NCBI RefSeq assembly: GCF_009914755.1 | Contig: NC_060930.1 | DNA: 64,000 nt | Strand: one strand, 5' to 3' | Origin: the human T2T-CHM13v2.0 reference genome, Homo sapiens | Shown: piece by piece, positions 57,713 to 64,000 of the stretch | Position numbering within the stretch: position 1 is the stretch's first letter | Layout of the letters: each line of letters starts with the position of its first letter | Translations under genes and position numbers: made by a program | Notes under the pieces: generated by a model | The model's input: only the letters and a program-made list of their open reading frames with translations | What the model was told of the DNA's origin: nothing | The model's database searches: none

Positions 57713-58110
57713 GATTCTAGTTCTGGACAGAGAAGGAAGGTGATGTTGGGGATGACATCAGAACTGTGCGTTGAAGGATGAATAGGAATTTTTCAAGTGT
57801 GTAAAGCTAAAGAAAGACAATAAAGGGAGAAAGACTAGCATGCATAAAGAGTTAGAGGTATCAAAATGTAGGGCTGCAATTCTGAGCAGCTTCCTACGGC
57901 TTAACTAGGTATCCTGGGATAAGAGGTGAGGGTAAAAAGGTAGACAGAAACCAAATCATAAAGAACCACAAGACACAATGGGCCATATAATGTAAGACAG
58001 TCATTTAGCTTTTATTTGGTGAGAGGTAGGCATCTATTGAAGGTCTCACAAAGTGGCAATTTGGGAAAATAGGAGGCAAGGAGACAAAGTAGAATTGAAA
58101 AGCTGAAATA

Positions 58111-58423
58111 GCTGGGTGCGGTGGCTCACGCCTGTAATCCCAGCACTTTGGGAGGCCGAGGCTGGCGGATCACGAGGTCAGGAGATCGAGACCATCCTGG
58201 CTAACACGGTGAAACCCCGTCTCTACTAAAAAAATACAAAAAAAATTAGTGGGGCGTGGTGGTGGGCGCCTGTAGTCCCAGCTACTCGGGAGGCTGAGGC
58301 AGATAATTGCTTGAACCCAAGAGGCGGAGTTTGCGGTGAGCCAAGATCGCATCACTACACTCCAGCCTGGGTGACAGAGCGAGACTCAGTATCAAAAAAA
58401 AAAAAAAAAGGAAAAGAAAGAAA
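58111..58423 (+). mobile_element. AluY/Sc
   Basis: 'gatcgagaccatcctggctaacacggtg'; TSD gaaaagctgaaata. Confidence 0.92.
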
Positions 58424-61067
58424 GAAAAGCTGAAATAGCTGTAACAAAGAGTATGATGAAATATATTCATGATGAAAATGTACTCTCACATTCTCTACCA
58501 CAAGAAAGTTAGCTGAGTTGTGCATCAAAGTTCCCCACGTAACAATGGAACAAAACTTTGATTAGTCAGCATCTCCTCTCTGTGTTACAATGTTTATGAG
58601 ATCATCCTGATATTTTGCATTGACAGTTGTTTTCTATAACTGACACAAGGTCTCTAGCTGTAAATTCTGATGCACACTGACCCCACTGTGATCTTGTTAA
58701 AAACTTTCAACAGAACTGTATCACGCATTGCCAGAGCAAAGCTCCTTAAAGTTTAACAAAGGACAAGTAATGCACACATGCTACTGGTTTTGTTCTAAAA
58801 GCTGGTGAAGCAAGAACTCTTTAGGCCATCCATCTTTCTATGATCAGACCAAGTGTCTCATTCCAATCAAAGATTGTTCCCAACAAACATGCTTTATATT
58901 GGTCATGGGAACGAAAGCTTAGATAGAACTCCAAGAAAATGACAATTTTATTTCTTCATTTCTCCTTTATTGAACACCAAAAAGATATTGTAAATAGTCA
59001 CTATGATCTAGGCTGTCACAACACCTATACTACAAAAACAAAGTATTTTTCAATACTGTCCTTTTCAGAGTAAATAGAAATAGCACCTTATTTTGTTTGC
59101 TGAAATTTTACCCATAGATTGTCAGTTTTGTATCAAAAGAAAAATACCCTTTATATTGCATGAAATAATCAAGAGAGCTAAACAGATACAACACTACATT
59201 TTCCACTGTGTAAAATAATCCAAAGAGAATTATGCAGTAAATCAAATGTTTTAATATTGTGGTACACACCATGACCCAAGAATTTTTGTTTTCTTTCCCT
59301 TTTCTTTCCACCAATGTATCCCAACTGAAATGCACTCTTTACTAACATAGTTTCAAAATCACATGCTTAGGTTTTATTTACACACTAGCTATATCTGACT
59401 AAATGGCAAATTTTCAGTTGTAGGCAAAAACTGAGTTTAAAATGCAGTGAAACTTTAATTTTTCTACTTGAAAATAAGAAAACAAATTATGGAATAACAT
59501 GAAATTAATGAAGTCGATGTGATGTTTACTTTAAACGACTCCAGGAGATATTTGGATAAAAGAAAAAATCAATCTATAAAAGCAGAAATATTTCCCATGT
59601 ACATATAAAAGTGAAAACGAATTATGTTTATGTTTCACAAGTTAAATGACAAAAACTTTTTTTCTATGTTGCTATTTGCAATTCTAAAAATCTATAGCTA
59701 AAGTAAAAGGGAAAATTCTTTTTTTAGTTCAAGATTCCTAGCTTTACTCTGGAGAACTAATTAATACTTCCTCACCAATCTCACTCAATACTGAGCAGTT
59801 TTAGAACTTTGAAGATGATTGTGTGTGTCTGTGTGTTCATTTCTCTACATTATGCACTTCTCTGAACTGCTATTAATTGTCATCTGTTCAACATGTTTTT
59901 ACCAAATGTTTACTACAAGTTACACACTCCTAGATTCTGTGTGCTCAAATAAACTTAGTGCTATGAGCAGAATATCTAGTGAAGAATGTTTATATTAGAA
60001 ATCATTACCACCAATATTAGCATGTGGCACAGCTTCATTCTCACATTGCCTAGGCGCTAAGTATTCTGATATATTTATACATATTTTTTCTTTAGAGCTT
60101 AACAATAATAGTGGTTTCACAGGAAACAAATTACTACTATTATTCAACAAATTCTAACACAATTTTACACAACAACAACCACAACAAATTTGTTGTTTAT
60201 ATAACATTAAAGTGATTCAATGGGGTTATAACCTTTCCACCTAAACAGTTTAGGTATTATACTGTAGGCAGAGGTGAAATCCGTTGACTGCTCTTAACAG
60301 CATGCATTATTATTGGAAATCAGGCCACAAAGAGAAGGAAAATGAAGAACTTTGTGCTTTTTTTTTTCATTTTCAAAGAACACATTTCAGAAACACAGAG
60401 GAACAATTCTCCTATTGAGAGAGTATAGTTAACAACAAGGTTCTATAGAATTGGGCCTTGAAAAATGGATAAGTGATCATGTGATAGAGCTAAAAGGGAA
60501 AATCATGATAGGCTGAATAAGTGAAGTTAATACAGGCATGGAGATAAGACAGGAAATGACTGCACTAAAGAAATACATCCACAATAATATTAGAAGTTGT
60601 GTCTAAATGGAGAAAGCCATGAGAGATATTCAGAATGTCACTGAATATAATTTAAAATAAGCAATAGTGTGTTAGGCAGAAAATATGTGAAAAAAAATGC
60701 AAGATTCCTTTAAATCCAAAGATGTTTAGACCTTGTTGGGAATGAATGTATATACCTTTACATCCAAAGAAATACAAAATTCAATCAAGTAAATAGAAGT
60801 AGACTGGATAAAGTTTGCAGTCTTTGGTTATTAGAAGTAAGGATTAAGTAACCTAGATTTGAAACTAAGGGGGATTATGTGACTGCCTTCATTTTTGGTG
60901 GTCTACTTCAAATTATGGAGTCACTAATATGGCAACTATATATATAGGTCTCAGTACATTCTCTCAGCATTGAATGCAAAAATTCAGTCACATATAAGCT
61001 GCCACTTTCCGTCATTTAGTAAGCCATAGGAACTGAGAAGGCAAACTCAGAAAATTTGCATGAAAAG

Positions 61068-61420
61068 TACATTAATTATCTATTGCTACATAAGCAAATT
61101 ACCTCGAAGTTTAGTAGCTTAAAATAACCTTTATTATTACACCCAGTTTCTTAGGGCAGGAATCAGAGTAGCTTAATTAGATGATTCTGGTTCAGAGTCT
61201 CATGAGGATGCAATGAAGCCATTGGCTGGAACTCAGTCACCTGGAGACTCAACCAGCACTAGATCAAATGTTATTCTCACTCACATGGTTGTTGGCAGGA
61301 CTCAGTTCCTCACTGGCTATTCACTAAAGCTCTTAGTTCCTCACCATAATGGCTTCTTCACAGGGCTGTTTCCTCATCACAAAGCAGCCAGCTTCTTCCA
61401 CCATGAGTAATCCAAGAGCA
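61068..61420 (-). mobile_element. MLT1 (MaLR) LTR, partial
   Basis: 'attaattatctattgctacataagcaaattacctcgaagtttagtagcttaaaataac'. Confidence 0.75.
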
Positions 61421-61869
61421 AAAGAATAATGTGTAGATTTTAAGTGTGTTAAATGTTTAGGCCAATTTGGGCTTATTAATGTAAGTTATTCTGGAAATTC
61501 CAACTAAAATATATAACTGACTAATACAAATTTGTGATTTTAAGAAGAAATTTTAACAAGTGTTATATTGGATCATTTGAGAATAAATATATTAGTATAT
61601 TATAGTTATTAAACTTATGGTAGTATTTTTTTACAGTAGTCAATTTATATATTTTAAAATAAATTACATATAAAATGCATAAATGCAGTTTAAAATATTT
61701 GAAATTGTGATTTGTATTAATCAACAGGCTTACTACAAGTGGTTGTTAAAATGTATTAAGTCTATAAGTAGACTATTTAGATTTTTAACCTAAATTTGGA
61801 AGCTTAAGGGAGAACTTAGATTTTAATGTGGAAGTTTAATAAATCAAGCAAACACATATTAACTTTCTG

Positions 61870-62255
61870 ATTTAATATTTTAAAATAATTTCAACACAAA
61901 TAACTAGCAAGAATACCACAAAGGGCTCACATGGACTCTATCCAGATTCCACAATTTTGTAACATGTTCTATATTTGCCTTAAAACACTATCCCTTCTAG
62001 TGTCAGATCAAATCCAGGATCAGGTCATGTATTAGTTGTGTCTTTACATATAGTATATATGTGCATATGTGTCTGTGTATGTGTATATAATGTCAGTTCA
62101 CATCTACACCTGTGATTTTAATCCAATACCATAGGCTTTTAAAAATTCTTTACCCTTTCCATATCTGTTTGCCCCTTCTCTAACAGTGAGAAATCTAGTT
62201 CCCATTACACTCAATATATCAATTTATTTGCATAGTACTAAAAATGTAACCAAAA
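61870..62255 (-). mobile_element. Old L1 (L1MC/ME) 3' fragment
   Basis: 'atccaatcc..ggatc', 'cttctctaacagtgagaaatctagttcccattacactcaatatat'. Confidence 0.55.
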
Positions 62256-62539
62256 TCCTTACCAGGCAGGCCAGCACCTCCTACACTTTCTGCAGAATTT
62301 GTCTGTGCAGATGAATCTTCTCTGACTAACCATTGCCTGATCTTGTCATCTCATTGAGGTTGTGCAGGCCATGGAAGACCTGTCACCATTCCAAGTGATA
62401 TATTAATAGCTAAAATGATATAATACTTTATGCAATTTGTGAAATAAAAATTTTGAATACATTCCTTTATTTTAATAAGAAGTGTTCAATGTATAAATTT
62501 TATACAAGCATCATCTAAGAAGCTTTGGCCAACATGGCT

Positions 62540-63170
62540 CTTTCTGTTATAAAACAGGCCTTAGACACAGTATGGAATTAAAATTCCTTGAGCACATCTA
62601 ATTGTCTGGAAAACGACGGTTAATAAGGAAATGGGGCAACCACTTACTTAACATCTCTTGGGCTCAGATTACTCTCAATCTGTAAATTGGGGATAATTGT
62701 TTTGCAACCAGTCTCTGAATTAACAGAGTTTAGTGCTGAGGGAAATTAAGTGCTGCCGCGTAATGAAGTAAAAAAGGAAAAGGAGACATCAAGTGGTTTT
62801 GATGTCACTACCCCTACATCCACCAGAGCAGCACTTACTGGTCTATTTTATATGGTGGACTTTTACTTTGCTAGAGTCCCATGGCTAGAGTTAAGTGGTA
62901 GGAAACCACTGGCCTAGCACTACCATTCATTCTATGCATTACTAGACAGTTTTGTTTAAAGTCCTTCCTTTATTCATTAAATCTGCTCCATTGTGCCTAG
63001 CAATGAGCTTTAGTAGAAAAAAAGTAGAAAACCATGCATTGACTTGGAATCATTACGTAAATTAGAATGCCTACTCCACAGCATAATTTTGAGAACTTAA
63101 ATAAGATGATGTATGTTGCATCAAGCACAAGGAAGTTTAGAATAGGCAATCGATAAATGTAATTATTTTC
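62540..63170. mobile_element. MIR fragments with an intervening hAT-Charlie (MER103-like, ~62710-62912)
   Basis: MIR core 'cacttacttaacatctcttgggctcag..tctgtaaattggggataat'; hAT 'ccaccagagcagc..ttttatat..aggaaaccactg'. Confidence 0.5.
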
Positions 63171-63514
63171 TTGTTTTTTCTAGCACATTGCTGAGCTTCT
63201 AGTTGGTTCTTAATAGGTATTTGTTAAGATGAATTACATCTCAGCATCTTGCCACTTAATACTTACCTGTCCTGATTTCAGATAGCTTTTGTCGAAGGTT
63301 TACAACCAATTCATTTTGACCAGTATTTCCAAACAAGTTAGCTGAATTATAATTTGCTTCTTATAGCTGGTTCTTTGTAGTAGTAGGAGTGGGGAAGGAC
63401 AGGAAGATATCCAGAACATGTGAAGTTAAAGTTAACCACTGAGATTAAGTTAAGTTAGGGAAAATCAACATGTAATAAATGAAATGCAGCATCTATTAAG
63501 TAATTCACCTTAAA

Positions 63515-63950
63515 TGATATTAGTAGCTAAGATATATTGAATATTTTCTCTGTGCCAGGTATTTAGCAAAGCCTTTTATAAACAATTCATGAAATAGGCA
63601 CTGTTATCAGTCTTATTTTACAAAAATAATTTGCCCAAGGTTACACAACTAGGAGTAACTGGATTCCAATCCTGACAGTCGGATTTCAATTTGCACACTT
63701 AACTAATCAACCTAGCATATAATATGTGAATAGAAGTTTGATTTTCAAAAGAAATTGTTAAAAGTATTAAGTATTTATTAAGCTAATATGGTGTGCCAGA
63801 TAGTGTAGTAAGTGCTAGAGATATGGCAGTGGAACATACATTGCCTCTTCTCTAGTAAGATGAGCTGAGAAACATAAACACAAAAATAACAAAATTTTCA
63901 TCATGATAAAAATGAATATATTGACATATGTAATCGACAGTTTTGTCAGT
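63515..63950 (-). mobile_element. MIR (63515-63715) and L2 3' end (63765-63950)
   Basis: 'tgtgccagg..ttattttacaaa..aatttgcccaaggttacacaactag'; 'gtatttattaagctaatatggtgtgccagatagtg'. Confidence 0.6.
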
Positions 63951-64000
63951 TGCATTATACTTAGTCCCAACTAGAAGTTTCTTAATAAAAGCAGGATGAT

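Overview
This window is AT-rich human (hominid) non-coding DNA, either intronic or intergenic. More than half of it is recognisable transposon relics: Alu (including a near-consensus AluYa5, a human-specific subfamily), L1 from L1PA2 to L1M age, L2, MIR, MaLR/ERVL/ERV1 LTRs (THE1D, MST, MLT1, MER74/54-like, LTR33-like, MER31), and hAT and piggyBac DNA transposons (MER58, MER5, MER94, MER75). I cannot support any protein-coding gene, RNA gene or CRISPR array. The ORF track is explained by degenerate L1/Alu/LTR sequence or by chance. The most unusual structure is a ~130-bp insertion at 19429-19557 inside an old L1. It contains a 66-bp copy of sequence 1,340 bp upstream, bracketed by three fold-back palindromes, which resembles a polymerase-theta or snap-back repair scar. 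Other notable items are a very young AluYa5, a twin-primed inverted L1, a four-layer nested transposon stack, a two-LTR THE1D provirus, and several splice-site-bounded exon candidates in unique sequence. I found no new biological system. Repeat subfamily names come from my recall of consensus sequences and need RepeatMasker/Dfam confirmation.
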